A stretch of DNA of 64,000 bases from the NCBI GenBank assembly GCA_041659685.1, contig JBAZXV010000003.1:66040-130039 (forward strand). Direction: 5' to 3'. The number at the start of each line of letters is the position of its first letter. The stretch's first letter is position 1. Position numbers and translations under genes: made by a program. The notes under the pieces were generated by a model. It saw nothing but the letters and a program-made list of their open reading frames with translations, did no database searches and was not told where the DNA came from. Source of the DNA: Parcubacteria group bacterium. GTDB taxonomy: Bacteria; Patescibacteriota; Minisyncoccia; Moranbacterales; UBA11712. Of the stretch, positions 1 to 9,879 are shown piece by piece.

Positions 1-4
1 CACT

Positions 5-742
5 TTGGATGTGTACAAATACACAAACGGATCTTGGGAAGAAAAGAACTGTGCCCTCGATACTTCCGCCAACACTCTCACTTGTTCTCTCGGCAGTTTT
101 TCCGTCTATGGGGTGCTCGGACAGCCTGTTTCAAACAACAATGATGACAACAGTATTAACAGCGACGAAGAAACCAGCGACTTCTCCCCTCCTCTTATCG
201 CCATCGGGAATCATCAAACAAAAAGTCTTTCCGCAAATGAATCAATGACTTTGAAGTCCAAAAGATTCACTTTCCGGGGAAATGTCCCTGACATGAAAAA
301 GGGAGATGTCGTCCAGATTATGAAAGACGGAGAACTTCTCAAAAACATAAAAATAAACAGTCGAAAAAAGTGGAATTACCGCGCAAAACAAGTGCGAAAC
401 ACAATCAACACTTATCAATTCCGCTATTTAGACAGAAACACTTCAGAAACCGTCCGAACGACTTCCGAATACCGGATTATGATTGACAAAACCAGACCAC
501 GATTCCGCAACTTCCAAAAGAAAGCAAGCGCGAGCGCCGGAGAATATGTCTCCTGGACCGCGACCGACAACGACCAAATCAAATTCTACCAGGTGAAATT
601 CCACGGGAAAAAATACAATCTGGATGAATCCCGTTTTCAAATACCTGCAAATGCTAAAAAAGGCGTCTCCCGTCTTACGGTGCGCGCTTTCGATCGCGCG
701 GAAAACAGCGCGGCCAAAAAAATGCGCGTGCGGGTGAAATAA
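5..742 (+). CDS. C-terminal fragment of a secreted/surface protein; the frame is open from the window edge, so the gene starts upstream of position 1
   Basis: Open frame runs from the window edge to a stop at 742. Ser/Asn/Lys-rich composition with no recognisable catalytic motif. Confidence 0.4.
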   Translation: MDVYKYTNGSWEEKNCALDTSANTLTCSLGSFSVYGVLGQPVSNNNDDNSINSDEETSDFSPPLIAIGNHQTKSLSANESMTLKSKRFTFRGNVPDMKKGDVVQIMKDGELLKNIKINSRKKWNYRAKQVRNTINTYQFRYLDRNTSETVRTTSEYRIMIDKTRPRFRNFQKKASASAGEYVSWTATDNDQIKFYQVKFHGKKYNLDESRFQIPANAKKGVSRLTVRAFDRAENSAAKKMRVRVK

Positions 743-930
743 GAACGCAGCGCAGAGAAACATATACCAATCTACATTACCCGGTACGTCACCCTCTCCA
801 TGAGTAAACAAAAATCGCCAGGAGGCGTTTTTTTCATTTTTTTCATTTCTCCCCAACACAGCTTTTTCCCACGGCCGTATCAAAATGCTGTGTTGGTTTT
901 TTTGATACGGATCAACCTTAGTAATATTTA

Positions 931-1116
931 CTATTTATTTCGATGATCTCGGACGACAAGACCGCCTTTGATTCTTGAAATAGTTAGATTTTGACGTTCC
1001 CGCCAGCCCAAGTCGCGGATGCGTTCTTTCGAAGGCACGACATACATGCTCCCCCGTCCCGTTTTGGTGAGTTTTCTCACGATTTTTTCTTTTTTTTCCA
1101 TAGTTTTGATAGTCAA
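931..1116 (-). CDS. AbrB/MazE/SpoVT-like swapped-hairpin DNA-binding mini-protein (61 aa)
   Basis: The motif IVRKLTKTGRGSMYVVPSKERIRDLGW fits the AbrB/MazE pattern V(R/K)K-x-G-x-S-x-x-V-x-IPK-x-x-R-x-x-LG. It is divergent from typA and no cognate toxin gene is visible. Confidence 0.4.
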   Translation of the reverse strand: MTIKTMEKKEKIVRKLTKTGRGSMYVVPSKERIRDLGWRERQNLTISRIKGGLVVRDHRNK

Positions 1117-1150
1117 TAGCGCTACCGGATGGTGTTAACTCTACAAACAG

Positions 1151-1179
1151 TTGCCAATTGGCATCCTTTATGCTATCAT
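1151..1179 (+). promoter_or_regulatory. Sigma70-like promoter for typA (TTGCCA, 17-nt spacer, TATCAT); predicts a near-leaderless transcript
   Basis: TTGCCA at 1151-1156 and TATCAT at 1174-1179. The ATG codons at 1182 and 1188 lie 3-9 nt downstream and no Shine-Dalgarno sequence is present. Confidence 0.4.
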
Positions 1180-1181
1180 CA

Positions 1182-2975
1182 ATGAATATGGAAATAAGAA
1201 ACATCGCCATCATCGCCCATGTCGATCACGGCAAAACCACAATTACCGACGCTATCATGCGGCAAACCGGAATGGCTAAAGACGAAAGCGCCACGATGGA
1301 TTCAAACGCTCTTGAAAAAGAGCGCGGTATTACAATCTATTCAAAAAACACTTCCGTTTTTTATAAGGAATCGAAAATCAACATCGTCGACACGCCCGGG
1401 CATGCCGATTTCGGATCGGAAGTGGAACGCGTGCTCCGCTCGATCGACAGCGTTCTTTTGGTTGTGGATGCGCAGGAGGGTCCGATGCCCCAAACCCGTT
1501 TCGTCCTTAAAAAATCTCTCGAACTTGGCCTCAGACCCATTGTCGTAATCAATAAAATCGACAAGCCGGCCGCCGATCCGGAGATTGCCCAGGAGAAAGT
1601 CTTTGAATTATTCCTTGATCTGGGGGCAAACGACGAACAATTGGATTTTGAAACTGTTTATGCGATCGGCCGGGACGGAATCGCCAAAATGCATCTTGAA
1701 GACGAATCAAAAGATTTAACCCCCCTGCTCGATACAATTCTCCAAAAAGTAGCGCCGGCCCCTCAGGATCTGGACGCGCCTTTTCGTTTTCAGCCTTTCA
1801 GTCTCGGATATGACAATTTTCTCGGAAGAATGGCGATCGGAAGAGTATATGAAGGAAAGATCAAAAACGGAGAAGTTTCCATCAAAAAACCCGGGGGCGA
1901 GATCCGAAAAGGAAAAATAATCAAGATGTTCACCTTTGAAGGACTTGAAAAAAAGGAAGTTGCCGAGGCCCTTGCAGGAGACATTGTTATGGTGGCCGGC
2001 ATGGCCGATATTGATATCGGAGAAACCATTTGCGAAAGACCAGAACAAGATCCGCTTCCCGCCATCCAAATTGACGAACCAACGATTTCTTTGAATTTTT
2101 TTGTTAACGATTCCCCTTTTGCGGGGCGCGAAGGAAAATTCGTAACCACAAAACAGATCCGGGAGCGGCTTGAAAAAGAACTCGAAGTGAATGTCGGACT
2201 CAAAATAGATTTTTCAAGTTCCGAATATTACAAAGTTTACGGCCGGGGAGAACTTCACATCGCTATTCTGCTTGAGAATATGCGCCGGGAAGGGTACGAG
2301 CTTCAAGTTTCCCAGCCGCAGGTCATCATCAAGGAAGAGGAAGGAAAAAAGATGGAACCCTTTGAAGAAGCGACGATCGACGTACCGGAAAAATCTTCAG
2401 GCGCCGTAATTGAAACTCTGGGAAGAAGGAAAGGCATTATGACTCAAATGGAACAGCGGAACGGACAGGTTCGGATGGTTTTCGAAGTGCCCACCCGCGG
2501 AATTCTGGGATACCGCGGCCAGTTCATGGTTGATACCCGCGGCGAAGGAATATTCTCGAGCCGTTTTTTGGAGTTTCGGCCGTTTGCAGGCGAAATTTCA
2601 AAACGGGACACCGGATCGATGATTTCAATGGTTTCAGGAAAAGCACTCGGATTTTCGCTTGCCAATCTTCAGGATCGCGGAGCTTTATATATCGAGCCGA
2701 CTACGGAAGTTTATGAGGGAATGGTCATCGGAAACACAGCCAAAGGAAACGATATGGCCGTGAACCCCATTAAAGGAAAACAACTTACCAACATGCGCTC
2801 TTCCGGCGCCGACGAGGCCATTCATCTCACTCCGCCGCTGAAACTCACAATCGAACGGGGACTTGAAACTATGGGCGGAGACGAATATCTAGAGATTACT
2901 CCGGAAAGCGTGCGCCTGCGCAAAAAATATCTGACAGAAAACGACAGAAAAAAATATTCAAGAAAAAAATCCTAG
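1182..2975 (+). CDS. typA: Translational GTPase TypA/BipA
   Basis: N-terminal [14 protein letters not shown]1 motif, DTPGHADF G3 motif and NKIDK G4 motif. The ~600-aa EF-G-like architecture is typical of BipA. The ORF-track start at 1158 is probably too far upstream. Confidence 0.9.
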   Translation: MNMEIRNIAIIAHVDHGKTTITDAIMRQTGMAKDESATMDSNALEKERGITIYSKNTSVFYKESKINIVDTPGHADFGSEVERVLRSIDSVLLVVDAQEGPMPQTRFVLKKSLELGLRPIVVINKIDKPAADPEIAQEKVFELFLDLGANDEQLDFETVYAIGRDGIAKMHLEDESKDLTPLLDTILQKVAPAPQDLDAPFRFQPFSLGYDNFLGRMAIGRVYEGKIKNGEVSIKKPGGEIRKGKIIKMFTFEGLEKKEVAEALAGDIVMVAGMADIDIGETICERPEQDPLPAIQIDEPTISLNFFVNDSPFAGREGKFVTTKQIRERLEKELEVNVGLKIDFSSSEYYKVYGRGELHIAILLENMRREGYELQVSQPQVIIKEEEGKKMEPFEEATIDVPEKSSGAVIETLGRRKGIMTQMEQRNGQVRMVFEVPTRGILGYRGQFMVDTRGEGIFSSRFLEFRPFAGEISKRDTGSMISMVSGKALGFSLANLQDRGALYIEPTTEVYEGMVIGNTAKGNDMAVNPIKGKQLTNMRSSGADEAIHLTPPLKLTIERGLETMGGDEYLEITPESVRLRKKYLTENDRKKYSRKKS

Positions 2976-3040
2976 AATTTTCCGACGTGAGATTTTCACG
3001 CCCTTTCCTGCAGTCGGACTTAATGAAAATATGATTTTGA

Positions 3041-3066
3041 AAAGCCTCGTCAAAGAGGCTTTTTGT
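3041..3066 (+). terminator. Rho-independent terminator after typA
   Basis: aaagcctc-gtcaaa-gaggcttt hairpin followed by TTTTG. Confidence 0.6.
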
Positions 3067-3086
3067 CATCTAAAAATGAACTGGCA

Positions 3087-4040
3087 TCATCCAGGCGATC
3101 TTTCTCCGCTCTGCCTCGGACTCAATATTTTTTCAAGCATCTCTTTTCTTAGCCAAAGACGGGAAGTCGATCCAAAACGGTCCGCAAATTTGATGCCAAG
3201 GGTGTTTTCCAGCATTGCTTCTATCTCTTTGCTCCCGGCATAGAGATAATTTTTTCCTTCGCTGATGCTCGGCAGGGTAAAAAACCAATCGGAAGTTTTA
3301 AAACTCGACATTGCCTTAATGATTTCTTTTTCGTGTCCCTTGATAAAATCTTTTCCGCGCCACAATTCCATCTGCCCGATTGCAATCCTTATCCCCGAAT
3401 TCGGAATTTCCTGAACAAAAGCATCTCCCTTTATCGCCGCTTCGATATTTTTATATATCGCCGATTCCCGCTCAGTGAAATATTTTTCTATCCAGTCATT
3501 CTCAAAACCGGCAAAGGACTTCAGATCGCGAAATGCCGTTCGGTCCCTTTCGGTTGTGATGCTTGCCCTAAAATTAAGAGTATTTGAGACGATAGCCGCC
3601 GCCATTAGCCCCGCGTTAAGGGAAGTAATCTTTTTAGCGAAACCTCTTTTTTTGTATTCTTCCCAGATAAGCGTCGCGCAAGCTCCGACTTTTTCGATTC
3701 TGGCCTTCTTCCCTATTCTATTTTTCCAAATTTTTTCAAATCCCGCCCGGTGATCATAAAGTTCAACCACTTTCCCAATATCCACAAAATGCGGAAAACG
3801 GACCGGGTTCGATGTATCAACAATGGCAAAATCAACGTTTTCGTTCGGTTCCGAAAACTTCTCCGTATATCGAAATTCCTCATTTTTCAGCGATTCTGTC
3901 ACGCTGTGATCCGGTTTTCCTTCAAGCACGACTTCAACTTCCTTATTTTCCATCTTCAGCAGGTCCCCTAAAGCCAAGGCCGAAGAAAGCCCGTCGATGT
4001 CAAAGTTTTCTTTATTGGTCGTTGCTATTATTTTATTCAC
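3087..4040 (-). CDS. DHH-family phosphoesterase (NrnA-like)
   Basis: N-terminal DIDGLSSALALGDLL resembles the NrnA DxDGxxSxLAL motif. A DHR segment sits in the DHH motif position. C-terminal DHHA1 motifs are not clear. Confidence 0.5.
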   Translation of the reverse strand: MNKIIATTNKENFDIDGLSSALALGDLLKMENKEVEVVLEGKPDHSVTESLKNEEFRYTEKFSEPNENVDFAIVDTSNPVRFPHFVDIGKVVELYDHRAGFEKIWKNRIGKKARIEKVGACATLIWEEYKKRGFAKKITSLNAGLMAAAIVSNTLNFRASITTERDRTAFRDLKSFAGFENDWIEKYFTERESAIYKNIEAAIKGDAFVQEIPNSGIRIAIGQMELWRGKDFIKGHEKEIIKAMSSFKTSDWFFTLPSISEGKNYLYAGSKEIEAMLENTLGIKFADRFGSTSRLWLRKEMLEKILSPRQSGERSPG

Positions 4041-4245
4041 GGCTTCAGTCTATCGAAAAATTAGGAATTTGCAAATAATTGCGCTGTCTCGGAAAAAATT
4101 ATTTTTCGAATCCCAAGGCAGTCCCTCCCAAAAGACGGGCTATTGAGTCCGCCTTTTGGCATCCCCTCTTTTATGATAAACTTACGATTCCGGTTCGCCT
4201 GCGAAGTGAAGATAAGCTACCGGCGCCGGAAAAGCGTATTAATAA

Positions 4246-5463
4246 TTGCGTCTTGATCGCAAATTTATGTTTATCGTCGACGTTAAAGGAAAAAGAAAAA
4301 AAGTTCTGCTTTTTCTGCTCTTGATCGCAACTGTCGCGCTGGCTTCAGGAATTTTTTTCCTGGCCAGAAAAAACCGGACAAAATCAAACTATGCGGAACC
4401 GCCGCTTTCTCCGGGGCCGGAATCCCGTCCCTCCCCAAACGAAGAAATTTCCATCCCGCCCTTGCCGGGAACTGAAAAAATGAAACTTCCTCCGCCTCCA
4501 ATTTCCATGGACCGGCTGAAAACTCAGGGTTGTGTTGCCGACGGCCTGCTTACGGAATACAATCCGGAAAATGATAAATTCATTGAACTCATAAACCGTT
4601 CCAACTGCTACTATCTCCATCGGGCGATCGAGACCTGGCGCAACCCTCCCGATTTTGAAACTGTCGAAAGGGTTATGGACCGAATCGACAAACCTGACGT
4701 TGCCTACGGAATGTTCATTGCTGAGGCCATCAGCACAAACGAAGATTACGAAAACAAAAATGACGGCCATTATTTCCATTTCCGCAAAATGTGCCACCAG
4801 GATTCAATCAACCATTGGGGAGAACACACTTGCGTACCCACTTTTTCAAGCTCCGAATACCGCGACTACATAAAATATATCACGAGAAGGGCAATCGATA
4901 TGGGAGTCCAAAGCTTTACTTTCGGGCAAATTTACATGCAGGAAAGCGGAAAAAGAAATTACGCCCCGCGCATCGTGAAAGATATTCGATCATACGCCGA
5001 AAAGAAAGGCGTTGACGTCGTGATCGGCGCCCAAACCGGATCCATTGCCGATAAAAAATATTTGAAGCTCTTTGATTATATCGAAGGCGGTGTCGGAATC
5101 GACGCAAACGGAAGCATCGAGGATGGTCCGTGTCTTTCAAAAAGAGGCTCCTGCTGGGCGCTTCTTTGGCACAAAAATTTCGCAGGTAACGCAAAAAACG
5201 TTCTTCTCCATCTCGATTGGACCGGCATTAAATCCGACGACCTTGATATTTTCTCCAGGATGAGTCCGGCGAAAAGAGCCGAAACACTCGATAAACTTTA
5301 CAAAAAATTCACTTCGAAAAACATGGGATTTCTGATGCCTTTTTTCGGAGTGCTTGATAAAGACAACGGCGGCTGCCACGGTCCCAAAAAAAGATTTTAT
5401 TCACCGGACAATTCTTACGATTGCCGGGACGAAGGCGTGATAAACAAAATAATGGAAAGATAG
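4246..5463 (+). CDS. Hypothetical membrane-anchored protein with a Pro-rich linker
   Basis: N-terminal transmembrane helix LLFLLLIATVALASGIFFLA, then a Pro-rich spacer. The ~300-aa globular part has no motif I recognise. Confidence 0.5.
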   Translation: MRLDRKFMFIVDVKGKRKKVLLFLLLIATVALASGIFFLARKNRTKSNYAEPPLSPGPESRPSPNEEISIPPLPGTEKMKLPPPPISMDRLKTQGCVADGLLTEYNPENDKFIELINRSNCYYLHRAIETWRNPPDFETVERVMDRIDKPDVAYGMFIAEAISTNEDYENKNDGHYFHFRKMCHQDSINHWGEHTCVPTFSSSEYRDYIKYITRRAIDMGVQSFTFGQIYMQESGKRNYAPRIVKDIRSYAEKKGVDVVIGAQTGSIADKKYLKLFDYIEGGVGIDANGSIEDGPCLSKRGSCWALLWHKNFAGNAKNVLLHLDWTGIKSDDLDIFSRMSPAKRAETLDKLYKKFTSKNMGFLMPFFGVLDKDNGGCHGPKKRFYSPDNSYDCRDEGVINKIMER

Positions 5464-5528
5464 CAATATCTGAAATATATATGGCCTTTTTCAAGTAATA
5501 TAACGTAATAAACATTAACTTCAAAAAC

Positions 5529-5714
5529 ATGAAGACTCTTTCCTGCAAGGACATGGGCATGAACGACGATTTTGTCGCCAGAGGCGCCAATGAAGAAGAG
5601 GTAATGGGCAAGATGATGGCACACGCCAAGGAAATGCATCGGGACGTGATGGAGGGAAAATCAGAGGATGATATGAAGGAGATGATGAAAATGAAGATGA
5701 AGGATGAAATGTAG
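5529..5714 (+). CDS. DUF1059 family small protein
   Basis: MKTLSCKDMGMNDDFVARGANEEEVMGKMMAHAKEMH matches the DUF1059 consensus of Cys near the N-terminus, a G..EEE(V/L) segment and paired His. Confidence 0.65.
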   Translation: MKTLSCKDMGMNDDFVARGANEEEVMGKMMAHAKEMHRDVMEGKSEDDMKEMMKMKMKDEM

Positions 5715-5726
5715 GACATCCAGACA

Positions 5727-5760
5727 AAAGCCCCCGTTCGTCAAAGGGGTTTTTGTTTTT
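5727..5760 (+). terminator. Rho-independent terminator after the DUF1059 gene
   Basis: aaagcccc...ggggtttt hairpin followed by a T-run. Confidence 0.55.
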
Positions 5761-5868
5761 GCGAATGATTTGACTTTTCGGGTTTCCGGAATCACCTTGG
5801 ATTTTTCCAATTCTTAAATTATTGCTTTCGGGATACAATAAAAATAAATATTATTATTCAATTTATTT

Positions 5869-6537
5869 ATGCGTTTATTTTTTCACGGCTTTTTAAGAAA
5901 TATAAAGAGTATTTTTTGGCGGCGCAATTTGGCATGGCATTTTTCGGCCATAGCCGTCACATATCTTTTGGCAATTTCCGGATTTGACTGGCGCTATTTC
6001 CTCTTAACGCGAAATCCCGCCCTGCTGTCTTTTTTTTGGCCGGCAGTGGAAATCGGCGCTTTCCTTCCGCTCTTTGGAATTCTGATTTTCTATGCCGTCA
6101 GCGCAGCCGGAAAAAATTCAAGGGCCGCCAATACTGCTCTGGCCCTTGGGCAAGCGGCGCTCCTGGGCCTCCTGGTTTCCGATTTTTATAAAATTTTCAC
6201 CGGGAGGCCGGGACCCCCGGGATTCCTGACTCAAGACTTTGCGACCGATATCAGCCACGTCTTTCGATTCGGATTTTTGCGGGGGGGAATTTTTTTTGGC
6301 TGGCCTTCTTCACATACCGCCGTTGCGTTCGCCATGGCATTTACTCTCCTTGCGCTTTTTCCAAAAAACAAATTAATCCGATATGCGGCGCTTATTTACG
6401 CTTTTTATATCGGCATCGGCGTTTCATTGACTATTCATTGGTTTTCTGATTTCGCGGCCGGCGCCATTATCGGAACAGTCGTCGGAACAGTCGTCGGAAA
6501 AAGTTTTCGAAAAAAAATGAAGGACAGTGAAAAATAA
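5869..6537 (+). CDS. PAP2-family phosphatase (membrane)
   Basis: Multi-transmembrane protein. WPSSHTA fits the PSGH motif and HWFSDFAAGAIIG fits the SRxxxxxHxxxD-like motif of PAP2 acid phosphatases. Confidence 0.7.
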   Translation: MRLFFHGFLRNIKSIFWRRNLAWHFSAIAVTYLLAISGFDWRYFLLTRNPALLSFFWPAVEIGAFLPLFGILIFYAVSAAGKNSRAANTALALGQAALLGLLVSDFYKIFTGRPGPPGFLTQDFATDISHVFRFGFLRGGIFFGWPSSHTAVAFAMAFTLLALFPKNKLIRYAALIYAFYIGIGVSLTIHWFSDFAAGAIIGTVVGTVVGKSFRKKMKDSEK

Positions 6538-6585
6538 TTCCAAGTGTTATTGTATCCATATGTAATGGCGGGATTAATCAATCTT

Positions 6586-7008
6586 ATGATCGAAAAAATC
6601 CGCAAAACCGAAGAAGAATGGAAAAAAATACTTTCGCCTGAGCAATTCCGGGTTATGCGTCAGCACGGAACGGAGGCGCCTTTTTCCTGTTCCTGGACCA
6701 AATTCGAAAACGGCGTTTATCATTGCGCCGCCTGCGACTTGCCGCTTTTTCTTCATGAGCATAAATTAGAGTCCGGCACAGGCTGGCCAAGCTATTTTGA
6801 ACCGATTGCTCCCGACAATCTGGAATACGTTAATGATGATTCCCATGGGATGATCCGAACAGAGGCCCGCTGCGCCCGCTGTGAATCGCATCTCGGACAC
6901 GTCTTCGATGACGGTCCGCCGCCAACGGGAAAAAGATATTGCATCAATTCGGTGGCGCTAAATTTTAAGCCTGATCCCGATGAAGAACCGGGAGGGAACG
7001 GGGAATAA
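6586..7008 (+). CDS. msrB: Peptide-methionine (R)-S-oxide reductase MsrB
   Basis: CAACDLPLF...GWPSYF...RCARCESHLGHVFDDGP with the CxxC Zn pair and catalytic Cys. The start was moved to the third in-frame Met (MIEKIRKTEEEW). Confidence 0.85.
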   Translation: MIEKIRKTEEEWKKILSPEQFRVMRQHGTEAPFSCSWTKFENGVYHCAACDLPLFLHEHKLESGTGWPSYFEPIAPDNLEYVNDDSHGMIRTEARCARCESHLGHVFDDGPPPTGKRYCINSVALNFKPDPDEEPGGNGE

Positions 7009-7558
7009 ATCACAATTTCAAGAGGCCGCGCTCGGAGGCGGATGCTTTTGGTGCATCGAGGCTTTTTTCCTGCGTCTTAAGGGCATCCATAAAGTTATCT
7101 CCGGTTACGCGGGAGGAAATCCGTCCTTCGACGGGAAAAAACCAACCTACGAAGAAGTCTGCTCGGGGAAAACGGGACATGCGGAAGTGGTGAAAGTAGA
7201 ATACGACCCCGGCGTTGTTTCCTATCAAGACCTTTTGAATGTTTTTTTCGCGATGCACGACCCGACAACATTAAACCGCCAGGGATCTGATACCGGGACG
7301 CAATACCGCTCAATCATACTTTATGGAAATGAAAACCAGAAAAAAGAAGCGGAAAAATTCATCGGGAATCTGGAAAAAGAAAAAATTTTCGAGAATCCGA
7401 TTGTGACGGAAATAAAACCGCTCAAAGAATTTCATCCCGCCGAAGAATACCACCAAAAATATTTTGAAAACAATGCCTTGAGACCTTACTGCCAAATTAA
7501 TATTTCCCCAAAAATCGCGAAGCTTCGGGGAAAATTCCAAGATCTTCTGAAAGATTGA
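6980..7558 (+). CDS. msrA: Peptide-methionine (S)-S-oxide reductase MsrA
   Basis: GGGCFWC active-site motif near the N-terminus and the segment GKxxHAEVVxVEYDP. It overlaps the msrB 3' end, so the start is uncertain. Confidence 0.85.
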   Translation: MKNREGTGNKSQFQEAALGGGCFWCIEAFFLRLKGIHKVISGYAGGNPSFDGKKPTYEEVCSGKTGHAEVVKVEYDPGVVSYQDLLNVFFAMHDPTTLNRQGSDTGTQYRSIILYGNENQKKEAEKFIGNLEKEKIFENPIVTEIKPLKEFHPAEEYHQKYFENNALRPYCQINISPKIAKLRGKFQDLLKD

Positions 7559-7635
7559 TCCTTATCCGAAAACGCTTTATGCGTCCCTTAAAATCTTCCG
7601 CTTAATTTTTTGCCTGAAATATTTCATTTTTCTGC

Positions 7636-8034
7636 TTGTACTCATATATTAATAAAGAGGCCAAATCACCGAAAAAAGGAGAGAGAATGGAAAAAAGCAT
7701 TCCCGTTTCAAAATTTTTGGAGATAGCGAAAACCATTGAACAGAATTCAAGGAATCAGGCTCGGGTTACCGAGCAGGAAGAAGAAAAAGAAAAAAGACAT
7801 TTTCTTGTGATCCAGGGAAAAAGGCTGGGGCAAAGCCTTGAAGAATACGCGCGTTCCAATCCGGACAGCGGCTTAATCAGGTTTCTCGCAGAAATTGTTA
7901 TGCCCCTTAAAGCAAAAGGATTGAGAAGCTGTTTTTCGGAAGCTTGTAAGATCCTTGAGCCCCTGGGAATGAATTACTTTTCCGGCGAATATCTCAGAGA
8001 CTGGCAAACTTTTTTCGAACTTCCCAAGAAATAG
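7636..8034 (+). CDS. Hypothetical protein
   Basis: ORF only. A downstream hairpin supports transcription. The start may instead be the internal Met at 7687. Confidence 0.4.
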   Translation: MYSYINKEAKSPKKGERMEKSIPVSKFLEIAKTIEQNSRNQARVTEQEEEKEKRHFLVIQGKRLGQSLEEYARSNPDSGLIRFLAEIVMPLKAKGLRSCFSEACKILEPLGMNYFSGEYLRDWQTFFELPKK

Positions 8035-8039
8035 AACCG

Positions 8040-8084
8040 GCTCCGGACGGCAATCCTGTCCGGAGCTGAAACACGCCTTTTTTT
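8040..8084 (+). terminator. Terminator-like hairpin
   Basis: gctccggac-ggcaatcct-gtccggagc stem-loop. The T7 run is displaced 11 nt from the stem. Confidence 0.4.
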
Positions 8085-8164
8085 CACTCATCTCTTAAGT
8101 CATTTCAAAAAAAGAGGCGTCATTGAATTGCCTTTTCGGGTTGGATTTGTTATTTTCACAGTAT

Positions 8165-8338
8165 ATGAGGAAAACATTCATCATGACGGGAATGGTCATC
8201 GGTTCGATTGCGGGAGGATATGTTCCCGTAATTTGGGGCGGAAGCATTTTCTCCATGTCTTCCGTTATTTTTACCGCCATTGGCGGATTTGCGGGAATCT
8301 GGATCGGAGTCAAGCTGGGATCGGGATTTGATTTTTAG
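8165..8338 (+). CDS. Small glycine-zipper membrane protein (YeaQ/YmgE-like, hypothetical)
   Basis: About 57 aa with two Gly-rich hydrophobic helices (GSIAGGYVPVIWGG and AIGGFAGIWIG). Confidence 0.4.
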   Translation: MRKTFIMTGMVIGSIAGGYVPVIWGGSIFSMSSVIFTAIGGFAGIWIGVKLGSGFDF

Positions 8339-8770
8339 GAGGCATTAATCACCAAGCATATGACAGCTTGTGAATTTGAAGACGGCGGAGAATTTGGAGA
8401 TCTGTAAAAAATGCCCCAGAGAAAGATTCGACCTGCCGATGCTGGGATAAACCGAAGCCAAAAAATATAAGCCGATAAAATAATTTGTTTACACATGGCC
8501 GCCCTTATATGTTCGCCAAAATTAAAAAAGAGGATTATTACGAAAATATGTATGACATCGAGGATCTCACACCTCAACAGAAAGAGTGGGAACAGAAAAT
8601 ACGAGAAGATACCTCCGCCAAAAGAGCTTTGATGAATCTCAAAAATTTCATCTTTCCTTGACAAAAGCGACTGCCGTTGTTATTTTTATTTATCAGTTTT
8701 GCCACAAATTCAATTCCGTTTTGGTCTTGAATACATAACATATATCCAATTGCTGAATCAGGGGGGATTG

Positions 8771-9082
8771 ATGAGTAAATCTGCTAAAGATAAGGGCATA
8801 TGCGAACATTGTGCCCAACTGATTAATGTCGAGGAATACGGAGTACGTACCCCGTGTCCTAACTGCGGAAAAATAAATATTTTTCAGCCGGATATTGTCC
8901 TGCCAATTCGAACACCATTCGGCAGTATCCAAGTAGGCATGCCCCCGGCTTTTATTGAAGCCATCGGAGAATCTGTCGCAAGAAACCTGATTCTCATGGG
9001 AGCCAGCCCCGACAGTATCGCTCTCATAGGGAGAGGCTTGATTGGAGCAGTCCGGGACGCATTTTTTTCTAGGGAAAAATAG
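8771..9082 (+). CDS. Hypothetical protein with an N-terminal zinc ribbon
   Basis: CEHC-x17-CPNC Cys4 ribbon. Strong Shine-Dalgarno aGGGGGGa 5 nt upstream of the ATG at 8771. Confidence 0.5.
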   Translation: MSKSAKDKGICEHCAQLINVEEYGVRTPCPNCGKINIFQPDIVLPIRTPFGSIQVGMPPAFIEAIGESVARNLILMGASPDSIALIGRGLIGAVRDAFFSREK

Positions 9083-9314
9083 CTCTTTAGGCAATTAAAA
9101 ATCTCGAAACAACTCTCCCGAGGTTCGCCGCGGGAGTTTTAAATTCCAAATTTTCAAGCTGTCTTTCTAAATAAGGCCCTATGATCTTAAGATCCGGTTA
9201 TATTATATAATTTAACTAATGAAGAAAATTATCGTGATGGACTCGTACGAGAAAGAAAAATCCACCCTCGCCGAAAAATTGCATGAGCAGCTTAATTCGG
9301 ATTTAATTATTTTC

Positions 9315-9350
9315 GCAAAATGAAAAGGTGGGTCGAAACGGAACCCACCT
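9315..9350 (-). terminator. Rho-independent terminator for the minus-strand gene at 9395-9631
   Basis: ggtgggt/acccacc stem. On the minus strand it is followed by TTTTCATTTT. Confidence 0.55.
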
Positions 9351-9394
9351 GTCTAAATAAGCAATGCAAGCGAAGGGCCATGTCAATATTTTGA

Positions 9395-9631
9395 CTAAGC
9401 TTCATAGTTCATGATCTCGCTTAATTGCCGACTGACATTCTCGGGATCGAGTTGCAGCCTCATTGCAACCCCCAAGACCGATTGATCCGATTCGATCTCG
9501 ATTTTGATTCCCAAATGCCGAAGGAATCTGCGAAATTTGGCGATATTGCCTTCCGTTTCGCCCGCTATAGTTATGGCGAGCACTCCCGACGAATCAACGG
9601 CATTCCTAGATCGAATATCGATGTTTCTCAT
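9395..9631 (-). CDS. Hypothetical small protein (78 aa)
   Basis: ORF with a downstream terminator. No recognised motif. Confidence 0.4.
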   Translation of the reverse strand: MRNIDIRSRNAVDSSGVLAITIAGETEGNIAKFRRFLRHLGIKIEIESDQSVLGVAMRLQLDPENVSRQLSEIMNYEA

Positions 9632-9814
9632 GATAGGAGCTCTCCCTCGGCGTCAGAATGTTAACGTCTTATTGCAAGAATAGCGATAAAACATGAAAAA
9701 TGTCAACTTTTGCTGAAGAGAGCATGTCGCCTTCGGAGGATTGTTTCTCTTAGTAATTATCCGACTGGCAGAGCCGCCGCCCTCATAAGTAATCCGCCAG
9801 GTCTTTTCACAAAC

Positions 9815-9838
9815 AAAAAGCTCTAAAAAGAGCTTTTT
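9815..9838. terminator. Perfect 10-bp inverted repeat hairpin, likely a terminator for the SPW gene
   Basis: aaaaagctct-aaaa-agagcttttt. T-runs are present on both strands. Confidence 0.6.
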
Positions 9839-9879
9839 GTTATCCCCCCATTGCCGGTGATCCAGAAAGGTATTGCCAG

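Noticed and set aside
443-883. 146-aa minus-strand ORF overlapping the 5'-partial surface-protein gene.
   Set aside because: Antisense with no features. The terminal stop and downstream intergenic signals fit the plus-strand gene.
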